From positions 1 to 11,368 of the IMG/VR virus record IMGVR_UViG_2547132269_000002: a stretch of DNA of 11,368 nucleotides; one strand, 5' to 3'. This stretch comes from a virus (Duplodnaviria > Heunggongvirae > Uroviricota > Caudoviricetes). The notes under the pieces are model-generated. The model made no database searches, was not told where the DNA came from, and saw only the letters and a list, made by a program, of their open reading frames with translations. A program made the translations under genes and the position numbers. Positions 1-7,224 of this stretch are shown here, piece by piece (the first letter of the stretch is position 1; each line of letters opens with the position of its first letter).

Positions 1-265
1 GCGATAATTTTACTCATCATCCTTCACATCAGGCCCTGTAGACAGAGTGGTGATTACTTCTGGAGTGGATTCAGATTAAACATCTCATTGCTAATGTTTG
101 AGGTTAAGCATCTGGCGCGCGGTAAGCGGTTGCGTTGAAATAAGAGCCAGTCCATTACAAATTTCATCAAGCGTTATTGGTAAGGGTGATAATTATGAGA
201 TACCTCTTCACTAAGAGTAATCTTAAGGGTAATGTGTAACCTCACTTTTTAATACGGAGGTTGTA

Positions 266-490
266 ATGTTAGAGAATTATTTCCCTTCAGGAATAGGTGC
301 TCAGCCTGTAACTCAAGCTCAAAAACAGAGGGTTATAGCTGTTCAAGCTGCCCTTGAATTAGTTAAGGCCTCACTTTCTTCTGCAGGTGGTCAGGCTACA
401 AGTGCAAAATTTGAACAGGAATTAAAAGCAGCTATTGGCTTAATTGAACCATTAGCCGATGCCATTCAGAAAGCAATCAGCAAAGAATAA
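266..490 (+). CDS. Small hypothetical protein (74 aa), AT-rich moron-like gene, predicted mostly helical, no signal peptide or TM segment
   Basis: ATG at 266 preceded by GGAGG at 256-260 (5-nt spacer); TAA stop at 488-490. Composition clearly more AT-rich than downstream phage genes. Followed ~105 nt downstream by an intrinsic terminator. Function not recognised. Confidence 0.6.
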   Translation: MLENYFPSGIGAQPVTQAQKQRVIAVQAALELVKASLSSAGGQATSAKFEQELKAAIGLIEPLADAIQKAISKE

Positions 491-595
491 ATAAACCACC
501 TGCATTTTGTTTTATTTCCCAACTAACGGGTGTAATAATCTTAATGTTTCCCGTGGATAGATAAGACAATAAGTATTCACCTTCAAGATATAAAC

Positions 596-622
596 GGGCC
601 TCGCTAATGCGAGGCTTTTTTA
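596..622 (+). terminator. Rho-independent terminator (stem gcctcgc / gcgaggc, loop taat, then TTTTTT)
   Basis: Perfect 7-bp inverted repeat at 598-604 and 609-615, immediately followed by a 6-T run at 616-621. Orientation fits termination of + strand transcription from the small gene at 266..490. Confidence 0.6.
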
Positions 623-656
623 CGCATTGTAAGCGTGCACCAAAGAGGGGATATAA

Positions 657-1007
657 ATGCCACCACGAACCCCAAAAGCCTGCCGTTTTCGCGGTTGCCG
701 CAATACCACTACAGATACGTCAGGCTATTGCGAAAGCCACAAAAGCGAGGGCTGGAAGCAATACAAGCCAGGACAATCCCGTCATCAGCGCGGTTATGGT
801 TCGAAGTGGGACAGTATCCGCGCGGGTGTCCTGAAGCGTGACAAAGGCCTGTGTCAGTTATGTCTGCGTGCTGGTGTGGTGCGTGAGGCGAAAACCGTTG
901 ACCACATCATCCCTAAAGCGCATGGCGGCACTGATGCCGACTGTAATCTGCAGAGTCTGTGCTGGCCGTGTCATAAGGCGAAGACGGCCCGTGAACGACT
1001 TAAGTGA
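657..1007 (+). CDS. HNH homing-type endonuclease, phage packaging-associated (116 aa)
   Basis: ATG at 657 with AGAGGGG upstream. Cys pairs CRFRGC and CQLC...CWPC (zinc-finger-like). HNH core DHIIPKAHGG...NLQSLCWPCHKAKT with His83 codon at 903-905. Sits directly upstream of the small and large terminase genes, as in HK97-like cos phages. Confidence 0.9.
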   Translation: MPPRTPKACRFRGCRNTTTDTSGYCESHKSEGWKQYKPGQSRHQRGYGSKWDSIRAGVLKRDKGLCQLCLRAGVVREAKTVDHIIPKAHGGTDADCNLQSLCWPCHKAKTARERLK

Positions 1008-1033
1008 TAATAATTCTCAACTGTCTGAGGGGA

Positions 1034-1093
1034 GGGGCGGGTCAAATCTCTGTGACCTGACGTCTTCCGGACTGCCCGCCCCATCGTTTTTTT
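1034..1093 (+). other. GC-rich inverted repeat (ggggcggg ... cccgcccc) with internal palindromes, followed by TTTTTTT; candidate terminator or cos/packaging-recognition region
   Basis: Arms at 1034-1041 and 1075-1082 are exact reverse complements separated by a 33-nt loop containing the palindromes gacgtc (1059-1064) and tccgga (1066-1071). A 7-T run at 1087-1093 lies 4 nt after the stem. Located in the HNH to TerS intergenic gap. Confidence 0.35.
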
Positions 1094-1132
1094 ATACCCG
1101 CGAAAAATGAAATTTAACCAGGAGTGCCGCAT

Positions 1133-1627
1133 ATGGCTGGAACGGCGGGGCGTTCCGGGCGTCGCCCCAAGCCAACGGCGCGCAAGGCGCTGGCCGGAAA
1201 CCCCGGAAAGCGAGCCCTGAACAAAGATGAACCCGTTTTTACGCCCATCAAAGGTGTTGAGCCACCGGAGTGGTTCGCTGAAGAAGAGCTCCCTCTCGCC
1301 ACGATCATGTGGCAACTGACAACCAAAGAACTCTGCGGTCAGGGCCTGCTGTGCGTGACTGACCTCGCAGTGCTTGAGCGGTGGTGCGTAGCCTATGAGT
1401 TCTGGCGACGTGCTGTGAAAAATATTGCCAGACAGGGCAACACCATCACCGGTGCAATGGGCGGCATGGTCAAAAATCCGGAGCTGACCGCCAAAAAAGA
1501 ACAGGAGTCCGAGATGAGCAGTACGGGGGCAATGCTCGGACTCGACCCCAGCAGCCGCCAGCGTCTGATTGGCCTGGCGGGGCAGAAGAAAGCCACTAAC
1601 CCGTTTCTGAAAATTATCGAATCATGA
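1133..1627 (+). CDS. Terminase small subunit, P27 family (about 164 aa from ATG 1133)
   Basis: ATG at 1133 preceded by AGGAG at 1120-1124; the in-frame GTG at 1124 used by the ORF track has no spacing for an RBS. Basic N-terminus GRSGRRPKP, then [15 protein letters not shown] and PPEW motifs typical of P27-type small terminases. Stop TGA at 1625-1627 overlaps the ATG of the next gene. Confidence 0.85.
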   Translation: MAGTAGRSGRRPKPTARKALAGNPGKRALNKDEPVFTPIKGVEPPEWFAEEELPLATIMWQLTTKELCGQGLLCVTDLAVLERWCVAYEFWRRAVKNIARQGNTITGAMGGMVKNPELTAKKEQESEMSSTGAMLGLDPSSRQRLIGLAGQKKATNPFLKIIES

Positions 1628-3357
1628 GCCGGAAATCTTACCCCAACGTAAATGCTGCCAATCAGTATGCCCGGGATGTCGTGCGCGGAAAGATTGTGGC
1701 CTGCCAGTTTGTGATTCAGGCCTGCCAGCGCCATCTTGATGACCTGATGGCGGAAAAAAGTAAGTCGTTTCGTTACCGCTTCGACAAGGACCTGGCTGAA
1801 CGGGCCGCCAAATTTATTCAGCTGTTGCCGCACACCAAGGGTGAGTGGGCATTCAAGAGGATGCCCATCACGCTGGAGCCGTGGCTGCTCTTTGTGATCT
1901 GCTGCGCGTTTGGCTGGGTCAATAAAGGCTCCCGGCTGCGCCGCTTCCGGGAGGTGTATACCGAAATCCCCCGTAAGAACGGCAAATCGGCAATCTCTGC
2001 CGGTGTCGCCCTGTATTGTTTTGCCTGTGATAACGAGTTCGGCGCGGAAGTGTATTCCGGTGCCACGACGGAGAAACAGGCATGGGAAGTCTTTCGTCCG
2101 GCAAGACTGATGTGTAAACGCACACCCATGCTGACGGAAGCGTTCGGGATTGAGGTTAACGCCTCAAACATGAATCGTCCGGAGGATGGCGCGCGGTTTG
2201 AACCGCTGATCGGTAACCCCGGTGATGGTTCATCACCCCACTGTGCGGTGGTGGATGAATATCACGAGCACGCCACCGATGCGCTTTACACCACGATGCT
2301 TACCGGGATGGGGGCGCGACGTCAGCCACTGATGTGGGCCATTACTACTGCCGGGTACAACATTGAGGGGCCGTGCTACGACAAGCGACGGGAAGTTATC
2401 GAGATGCTCAACGGGTCGGTACCCAACGATGAACTGTTCGGGATCATCTATACCGTTGACGAAGGCGATGACTGGACCGACCCGCAGGTGCTGGAAAAAG
2501 CTAACCCGAATATTGGCGTGTCGGTTTATCGCGAATTTTTGTTAAGTCAGCAGCAGCGTGCGAAAAATAACGCCCGTCTGGCAAACGTCTTTAAAACAAA
2601 ACACCTCAATATCTGGGTGTCGGCGCGTTCGGCGTATTTCAACCTGGTGAGCTGGCAGAGCTGCGAGGATAAATCACTGACCCTTGAGCAGTTCGAGGGG
2701 CAGCTGTGCATTCTGGCCTTTGACCTGGCGCGTAAGCTGGATATGAACAGCATGGCGCGACTTTATACCCGCGAGATTGACGGTAAAACGCATTACTACA
2801 GTGTGGCCCCGCGTTTCTGGGTACCGTATGACACGGTGTACAGCGTCGAGAAAAATGAAGATCGACGGACAGCCGAACGCTTTCAGAAATGGGTGGAAAT
2901 GGGCGTTCTGACCGTTACCGATGGTGCGGAGGTGGATTATCGCTACATCCTCGAGGAGGCCAAAGCGGCGAACAAAATCAGCCCGGTCAGTGAGTCACCC
3001 ATCGACCCCTTCGGGGCGACCGGGTTGTCACATGACCTTGCTGATGAAGACCTGAACCCCATCACTATCATTCAGAACTACACCAACATGTCCGACCCGA
3101 TGAAAGAGCTGGAAGCGGCAATTGAATCGGGGCGCTTTCATCATGATGGCAATTCCATCATGACCTGGTGTATCGGCAACGTGGTCGGCAAAACCATTCC
3201 GGGTAACGATGATGTGGTGAAGCCCGTCAAAGAGCAGGCGGAAAACAAAATCGATGGTGCAGTTGCGCTGATTATGGCGGTTGGCAGAGCCATGCTGTAC
3301 GAGAAAGAAGACACGCTGTCTGACCACATTGAGTCCTATGGGATCCGCTCGCTTTAA
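1624..3357 (+). CDS. Terminase large subunit (577 aa), ATPase plus nuclease
   Basis: Walker A-like P-loop IPRKNGKS at nt 1969-1989. Walker B-like VVDEYHE at nt 2248-2268. Length and position immediately after TerS, with ATGA overlap. Intact ORF. Confidence 0.95.
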
Positions 3358-3368
3358 CTGAGGTAATT

Positions 3369-3551
3369 ATGATCATGCTGATTCTCGCGCCTTTGGTGGG
3401 CGTGCTGGGGGCGCTTTTGCTGGCGTATGGTGCCTGGCTGATTTATCCCCCGGCGGGGTTTGTTGTTGCTGGGGCGTTGTGCCTGTTCTGGTCGTGGCTG
3501 GTGGCGCGATATCTCGACCGTACACAGTCGTCTGTCGGCGGAGGTAAATAG
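3369..3551 (+). CDS. Small hydrophobic protein (60 aa) with two predicted transmembrane helices, function unknown
   Basis: ATG at 3369 with GAGG 7 nt upstream. Two hydrophobic stretches ([26 protein letters not shown] and [16 protein letters not shown]) separated by PPAG. TAG stop at 3549-3551 overlaps the GTG start of the next ORF. Confidence 0.6.
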
Positions 3552-4909
3552 TGTTCTTTTCGGGATTATTTCAACGAAAAAGTGACGCACCGGTGACCAC
3601 GCCAGCAGAGCTGGCGGATGCTATCGGGTTGTCCTACGACACCTATACCGGAAAGCAGATCAGCAGCCAGCGGGCCATGCGACTGACGGCGGTTTTTTCC
3701 TGTGTCAGGGTGCTGGCGGAGTCGGTCGGGATGTTGCCCTGCAACCTGTATCACCTGAACGGCAGCCTGAAGCAGAGAGCCACTGGCGAACGTCTGCATA
3801 AGCTGATCTCCACGCATCCCAATGGCTATATGACGCCGCAGGAGTTCTGGGAGCTGGTGGTCACCTGTCTGTGCCTGCGGGGAAACTTTTACGCCTACAT
3901 TGAGCTGAAACGTCCGGCAGGTGGTGCGCAAAATAAACTGGCCACCGAGCATAAAGAAGCGTTTGTGGGCTTCCTGCGTAAAGGCCGTGAAGATGGTCTG
4001 CGCGATCTGGAGCGCAAGGCATTACAGGTGGGCACCGATGAAGACGGTGGCTATGCCGTGCCGGAAGCGCTGGATCGCAACATTCTGACCTTGCTGAAAG
4101 ATGAAGTGGTGATGCGCCAGGAAGCCGCGGTGATCACCGTTGGCGGTTCCGACTACAAAAAACTGGTGAATCTGGGCGGCACGGCTTCCGGATGGGGTGG
4201 CGAGACTGACGCGCGCTCCCAGACTGCCACCTCCAGACTGGGGCTGATTGAACCTTTCATGGGGGAAATCTACGGTAACCCGCAGGCCACCCAGAAAATG
4301 CTGGATGATGCCTTTTTCAACGTGGAGGCCTGGATCAACAGCGAGCTGGCAACCGAATTTGCCGAACAGGAAGAAATTGCCTTTACCACCGGCGATGGTA
4401 CCAAGAAGCCGAAAGGGTTCCTGGCGTATGAATCCACTGATGAAACCGATAAGGTCCGGGCGTTCGGCAAACTTCAGCATATTGTATCCGGCGACGCGAC
4501 TGCGGTGACCGCAGACGCCATTATCAAACTGATTTACACGCTGCGAAAGGCACACCGCACCGGCGCGAAGTTCATGATGAACAACAACAGCCTGTTTGCC
4601 ATCCGTTTGCTGAAAGACAGCGAGGGTAACTATCTGTGGCGTCCGGGGCTGGAACTGGGGCAGCCGTCCTCTCTGGCGGGTTACGGTATCGCTGAAAACG
4701 AACAGATGCCGGATATCGCCGCTGATGCGAAAGCCATTGCATTTGGTAACTTCAAACGGGGTTACACCATCGTTGACCGTATCGGCACCCGCATTCTGCG
4801 TGACCCGTACACCAATAAACCGTTTGTCGGTTTTTATACAACCAAGCGCACCGGCGGGATGCTGGTCGATTCGCAGGCCATCAAACTGCTGAAGATTGCT
4901 GCGGCGTAA
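3551..4909 (+). CDS. Chimeric ORF: portal protein N-terminal fragment (~125 aa) fused in frame to an HK97-fold major capsid protein (~325 aa); probable deletion product
   Basis: GTG start at 3551 with GGAGG at 3540-3544. Residues ~40-120 carry the portal N-terminal signature (AMRLTAVFSCVRVLAESVGMLP ... HPNGYMTPQEFWEL ... LRGNFYAYIE). From about nt 3910-3950 the sequence switches to capsid-type motifs (EAFVGFLRKG, GGYAVPE, TGDGTKKPKGFL, LRDPYTNKPFVGFYTTKRTGG, AIKLLKIAAA). No prohead protease or scaffold gene between them. Confidence 0.8.
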   Translation: MFFSGLFQRKSDAPVTTPAELADAIGLSYDTYTGKQISSQRAMRLTAVFSCVRVLAESVGMLPCNLYHLNGSLKQRATGERLHKLISTHPNGYMTPQEFWELVVTCLCLRGNFYAYIELKRPAGGAQNKLATEHKEAFVGFLRKGREDGLRDLERKALQVGTDEDGGYAVPEALDRNILTLLKDEVVMRQEAAVITVGGSDYKKLVNLGGTASGWGGETDARSQTATSRLGLIEPFMGEIYGNPQATQKMLDDAFFNVEAWINSELATEFAEQEEIAFTTGDGTKKPKGFLAYESTDETDKVRAFGKLQHIVSGDATAVTADAIIKLIYTLRKAHRTGAKFMMNNNSLFAIRLLKDSEGNYLWRPGLELGQPSSLAGYGIAENEQMPDIAADAKAIAFGNFKRGYTIVDRIGTRILRDPYTNKPFVGFYTTKRTGGMLVDSQAIKLLKIAAA

Positions 4910-4916
4910 TCATTCA

Positions 4917-4936
4917 GGGGCGCGGAACCGCGCCCC
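4917..4936 (+). terminator. GC-rich hairpin just after the capsid stop (ggggcgcgg aa ccgcgcccc), weak T-tract; possible partial terminator or mRNA-stabilising stem-loop
   Basis: 9-bp perfect inverted repeat at 4917-4925 and 4928-4936 with a 2-nt loop, 8 nt after the TAA at 4907-4909. The downstream run ctgttctg is not a canonical U-tract. Confidence 0.4.
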
Positions 4937-4958
4937 CTGTTCTGACGGGTGAAGAATC

Positions 4959-5159
4959 ATGATCCTGAAACAAGATCTGAAATGGTCACCGGACGGTATG
5001 CGTGTTGAGGTCATTCGGGCCGGTGAGTATGACGACGGGGCGCTTCCTGCCCGGGTGCAGGAGATTGCACTTCAGGCCGGGTTAGCAGAGCGCGGAACCA
5101 GTGCAAAAAGCAGTAAAGCGGCAAAAGAGAAAAAAGCCACGACCAGTAAAGAGGGCTGA
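4959..5159 (+). CDS. Hypothetical small protein (66 aa) with Lys/Ser-rich C-terminal tail
   Basis: ATG at 4959, weak RBS. Sits between the capsid and head-tail connector genes. C-terminus SAKSSKAAKEKKATTSKEG. Stop 2 nt before the next gene start. No family recognised. Confidence 0.5.
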   Translation: MILKQDLKWSPDGMRVEVIRAGEYDDGALPARVQEIALQAGLAERGTSAKSSKAAKEKKATTSKEG

Positions 5160-5161
5160 GT

Positions 5162-5485
5162 ATGCTTCTGACAATGGAAGAGATTAAAGCCCAACTCCGG
5201 CTGGATGAGGATTTCGATGCTGATGACCGCCATCTGCAACTGCTGGCCTGTGCGGCGCAAAAGCGGACGGAAACGTATCTGAACCGGAAGCTCTATGCAC
5301 CGGATGAATCCATTCCGGACAGCGATCCGGACGGGCTGCACCTGCCGGATGATATTCGTCTGGGGATGCTGATGCTTATCAGCCATTTTTACGAAAACCG
5401 CTCGTCGGTTACGGAAGTGGAAAAACTCGACATGCCGCAGAGTTTTGGCTGGCTTGTCGGCCCGTACAGGTACTTTCCGCAATGA
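5162..5485 (+). CDS. Head-tail connector protein, gp6-like (107 aa)
   Basis: ATG at 5162 with AAGAGGG upstream. N-terminal pattern LTMEEIKAQLRLDEDFDADD...LQLLACAA resembles gp6-like connector/DNA-packaging proteins. Follows the capsid gene. ATGA overlap with the next gene. Confidence 0.75.
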   Translation: MLLTMEEIKAQLRLDEDFDADDRHLQLLACAAQKRTETYLNRKLYAPDESIPDSDPDGLHLPDDIRLGMLMLISHFYENRSSVTEVEKLDMPQSFGWLVGPYRYFPQ

Positions 5486-5892
5486 AAATTCGTCAGGCGC
5501 AGATCAGCGCAACCTACATTCTGCCGGACCCCGGTGAACTGAATAAACGCGTCCTGATCCGCCTGCGGGTGGATATGCCCGCGGATAACTTTGGCGTGGA
5601 GCCTCAATACCCGGTTACGTTCTGGACATGGGCGAAGGTTATCCAGACCAGTGCCACCACCTGGCAGGAAACCGCGCAGACCGGGGACGCCATCACCCAT
5701 TACATCACCATTCGTTACCGCCGGGGGATCACCGCTGATTATGAGGTGGTCTGTGATGACAGTGTGTACCGGGTGAAACGTCAGCGCGATCTGAACGGGG
5801 CGCGGCGCTTTCTGCTGCTGGAGTGTACGGAGCTGGGCGAATTTACGCAGAGTCACGGAGGCAGCAATGGCGACTCCCTTTTTTCACGTTGA
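5482..5892 (+). CDS. Head-tail joining (head closure / adaptor) protein (136 aa)
   Basis: Pattern RVLIRLRV ... FWTWAKVIQ ... AQTGDAITHYITIRYRRGI ... YRV ... LLECTE fits the phage head-tail joining family. Position after the gp6-like gene. Confidence 0.75.
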   Translation: MKIRQAQISATYILPDPGELNKRVLIRLRVDMPADNFGVEPQYPVTFWTWAKVIQTSATTWQETAQTGDAITHYITIRYRRGITADYEVVCDDSVYRVKRQRDLNGARRFLLLECTELGEFTQSHGGSNGDSLFSR

Positions 5893-6373
5893 TGTTCAGC
5901 AGCCCGCGGAGATGCGCTTTAACCGCGCCCGTGTCCGGCGGGCGTTTGTCACGATTGGTCAGCGTCATATGCGTGATGCCCGTCGGCTGGTGATGCGCCG
6001 TGCGCGGTCGGCACCGGGTGAAAACCCCGGTTATCAGACCGGACGCTTGGCTCGTTCGATTGGTTACATGGTGCCGGGAGCCAGTAAAAAGCGAGTCGGT
6101 TTTATGACACGCATTGCCCCTAACCAGCGCAACGGGAGGGGGAACCGGATGATCTCTGGTGACTTCTATCCGGCGTTTCTGTTTTTTGGTGTCCGGGGAG
6201 GAGCAAAACGTCGTCACAGTCATCATCGTGGTGCATCCGGTGGCAGCGGCTGGCGACTGGCTCCACGTAATAACTTCATGGTGGAAACGCTTGAAAAGAA
6301 CCGCAGCTGGACACGCTATTTTCTGGCGCGGGAATTACGTAAATCACTGAAGCCGGAGCGACGACGCAGATGA
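5867..6373 (+). CDS. Neck / tail-completion protein, HK97 gp10-like by pattern (168 aa), Arg-rich C-terminus
   Basis: ATG at 5867 with GGAGG at 5857-5861; overlaps the previous gene by 26 nt. Assignment rests on gene order and loose motif resemblance (GYQTGRLARSI, FYPAFLFFG). Confidence 0.5.
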   Translation: MATPFFHVDVQQPAEMRFNRARVRRAFVTIGQRHMRDARRLVMRRARSAPGENPGYQTGRLARSIGYMVPGASKKRVGFMTRIAPNQRNGRGNRMISGDFYPAFLFFGVRGGAKRRHSHHRGASGGSGWRLAPRNNFMVETLEKNRSWTRYFLARELRKSLKPERRRR

Positions 6374-6930
6374 AACTGACGCCTGTTATTGCTGCGCTGC
6401 GTGCCCGCTGCCCGTATTTTGAAAACCGGGTGGCAGGTGCGGCACAGTTCAAAAATCTGCCGGAGGTCGGAAAGCTGAAACTCCCGGCGGCGTATGTGGT
6501 ACCGGGTGATGACTCTCCTGGAGAAAACAAAAGCCAGACCGACTACTGGCAGGAGCTGAAAGAGGGCTTCTCCGTGGTTGTCATACTGAGTAACGGGCGT
6601 GATGAGCGCGGTCAGTTTGCCTCGTATGATGTGGTGGACGATGTCCGGCAGATGCTCTTTAAGGCCCTGCTGAGCTGGAACCCGGAAGCGTGCGGTAACC
6701 CGATTACCTATGACGGCGGCACGCTGCTGGATCTGAATCGTCATGAGCTGATTTATCAGTTCGATTTTTCGGTCATCAGCGAGCTGACCGAAGACGATAC
6801 CCGCCAGCAGGATGATCTGAACAGTCTGGATGAACTGCAAACGCTGGCGATTGATGTTGATTATCTCGAGCCCGGTAACGGGCCTGACGGCGATATCGAA
6901 CATCACACCGAAATAACCCTTCCTTCCTGA
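6370..6930 (+). CDS. Mu gp36/gp37-like tail-associated protein (186 aa) with acidic C-terminal region
   Basis: ATGA overlap with the upstream gene. Lies just upstream of the gp38-like gene and the tail sheath start, as in Mu-like tail modules. Family assignment is by position and loose resemblance. Confidence 0.5.
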   Translation: MKLTPVIAALRARCPYFENRVAGAAQFKNLPEVGKLKLPAAYVVPGDDSPGENKSQTDYWQELKEGFSVVVILSNGRDERGQFASYDVVDDVRQMLFKALLSWNPEACGNPITYDGGTLLDLNRHELIYQFDFSVISELTEDDTRQQDDLNSLDELQTLAIDVDYLEPGNGPDGDIEHHTEITLPS

Positions 6931-6938
6931 GGATCCTC

Positions 6939-7109
6939 ATGTTTGTCAAACCTGTTAAAGGGCGGTCAGTGCCTGACCCTGCCCGCGGCGACCTTTTGCC
7001 CGCCGAAGGGCGAAATGTTGACGAGAACAACTACTGGCTGCGCCGTGAAGCAGCGGGTGATATCCGGCGCGTGAATAAAAAGGTGAACACCGATGACGAT
7101 AAGCTTTAA
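6939..7109 (+). CDS. Small Mu gp38-like protein (56 aa, DUF2635-like)
   Basis: Not in the ORF track (below length cutoff); found by reading the sequence. ATG at 6939 with GAGGA at 6929-6933; TAA stop at 7107-7109. Protein MFVKPVKGRSVPDPARGDLLPAEGRNVDENNYWLRREAAGDIRRVNKKVNTDDDKL. Lies directly upstream of the sheath start codon. Confidence 0.55.
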   Translation: MFVKPVKGRSVPDPARGDLLPAEGRNVDENNYWLRREAAGDIRRVNKKVNTDDDKL

Positions 7110-7224
7110 CACCATTCCGTCGAATACGCTGGTTCCGTTGTTTTATGCGGAAATGGATAACCAGGCGGCGAATAAACACCCGCGCAGAGCACTGGCTGGC
7201 CTTCCGTCACGCATCCGGCACTGA
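7093..7224 (+). pseudogene. Tail sheath gene, N-terminal fragment only (43 codons, ~27 sheath-like then out-of-context tail)
   Basis: ATG at 7093 with AAGGTG upstream. Translation MTISFNTIPSNTLVPLFYAEMDN matches the conserved N-terminus of Mu-type sheath proteins, but a TGA stop follows at 7222-7224. The ~450-aa sheath body is absent. Confidence 0.6.

Noticed and set aside
1-20. Possible 5' end of a minus-strand gene (ATGATG at 15-20 on the reverse strand, AAGG just upstream) leaving the window to the left; also a + strand frame open from nt 1 to the TGA at 136-138
   Set aside because: Only ~6 codons fall inside the window, RBS spacing is poor, and the + strand open frame gives a low-complexity, implausible peptide. 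Cannot be supported without the flanking sequence.
150-265. Candidate sigma-70 promoter for the small gene (GATAAT-like -10 at ~188-193)
   Set aside because: No convincing -35 element at 17-18 bp spacing. Too weak to annotate as a feature without a promoter-prediction score or transcript data.
607-1110. Alternative + strand frames overlapping the HNH gene (607..834, 635..841, 838..1110)
   Set aside because: The HNH frame (657..1007) has the RBS, the zinc-finger Cys pairs and the HNH motif; the others are out-of-frame shadows with low-complexity translations.
1124-1132. GTG at 1124 as the TerS start (ORF-track start)
   Set aside because: The GTG lies inside the AGGAG Shine-Dalgarno itself; the ATG at 1133 has proper RBS spacing.
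1393-1833. 146-aa minus-strand ORF antisense to the TerS/TerL genes; likewise 4022..4555, 5389..5856, 6316..6906, 8578..9021, 9153..9611, 971..1315 and 10855..11253 on the minus strand
   Set aside because: All lie antisense to + strand genes with clear phage motifs and coupled start/stop architecture. GC-rich coding DNA routinely yields long shadow ORFs. No RBS context or recognisable protein features.
6931-7106. BamHI (GGATCC at 6931) and HindIII (AAGCTT at 7101) sites near the tail-module junction, considered as possible cloning scars
   Set aside because: Single 6-bp sites are expected by chance in 11 kb, both fall within normal coding or RBS context, and no vector-like sequence is nearby.
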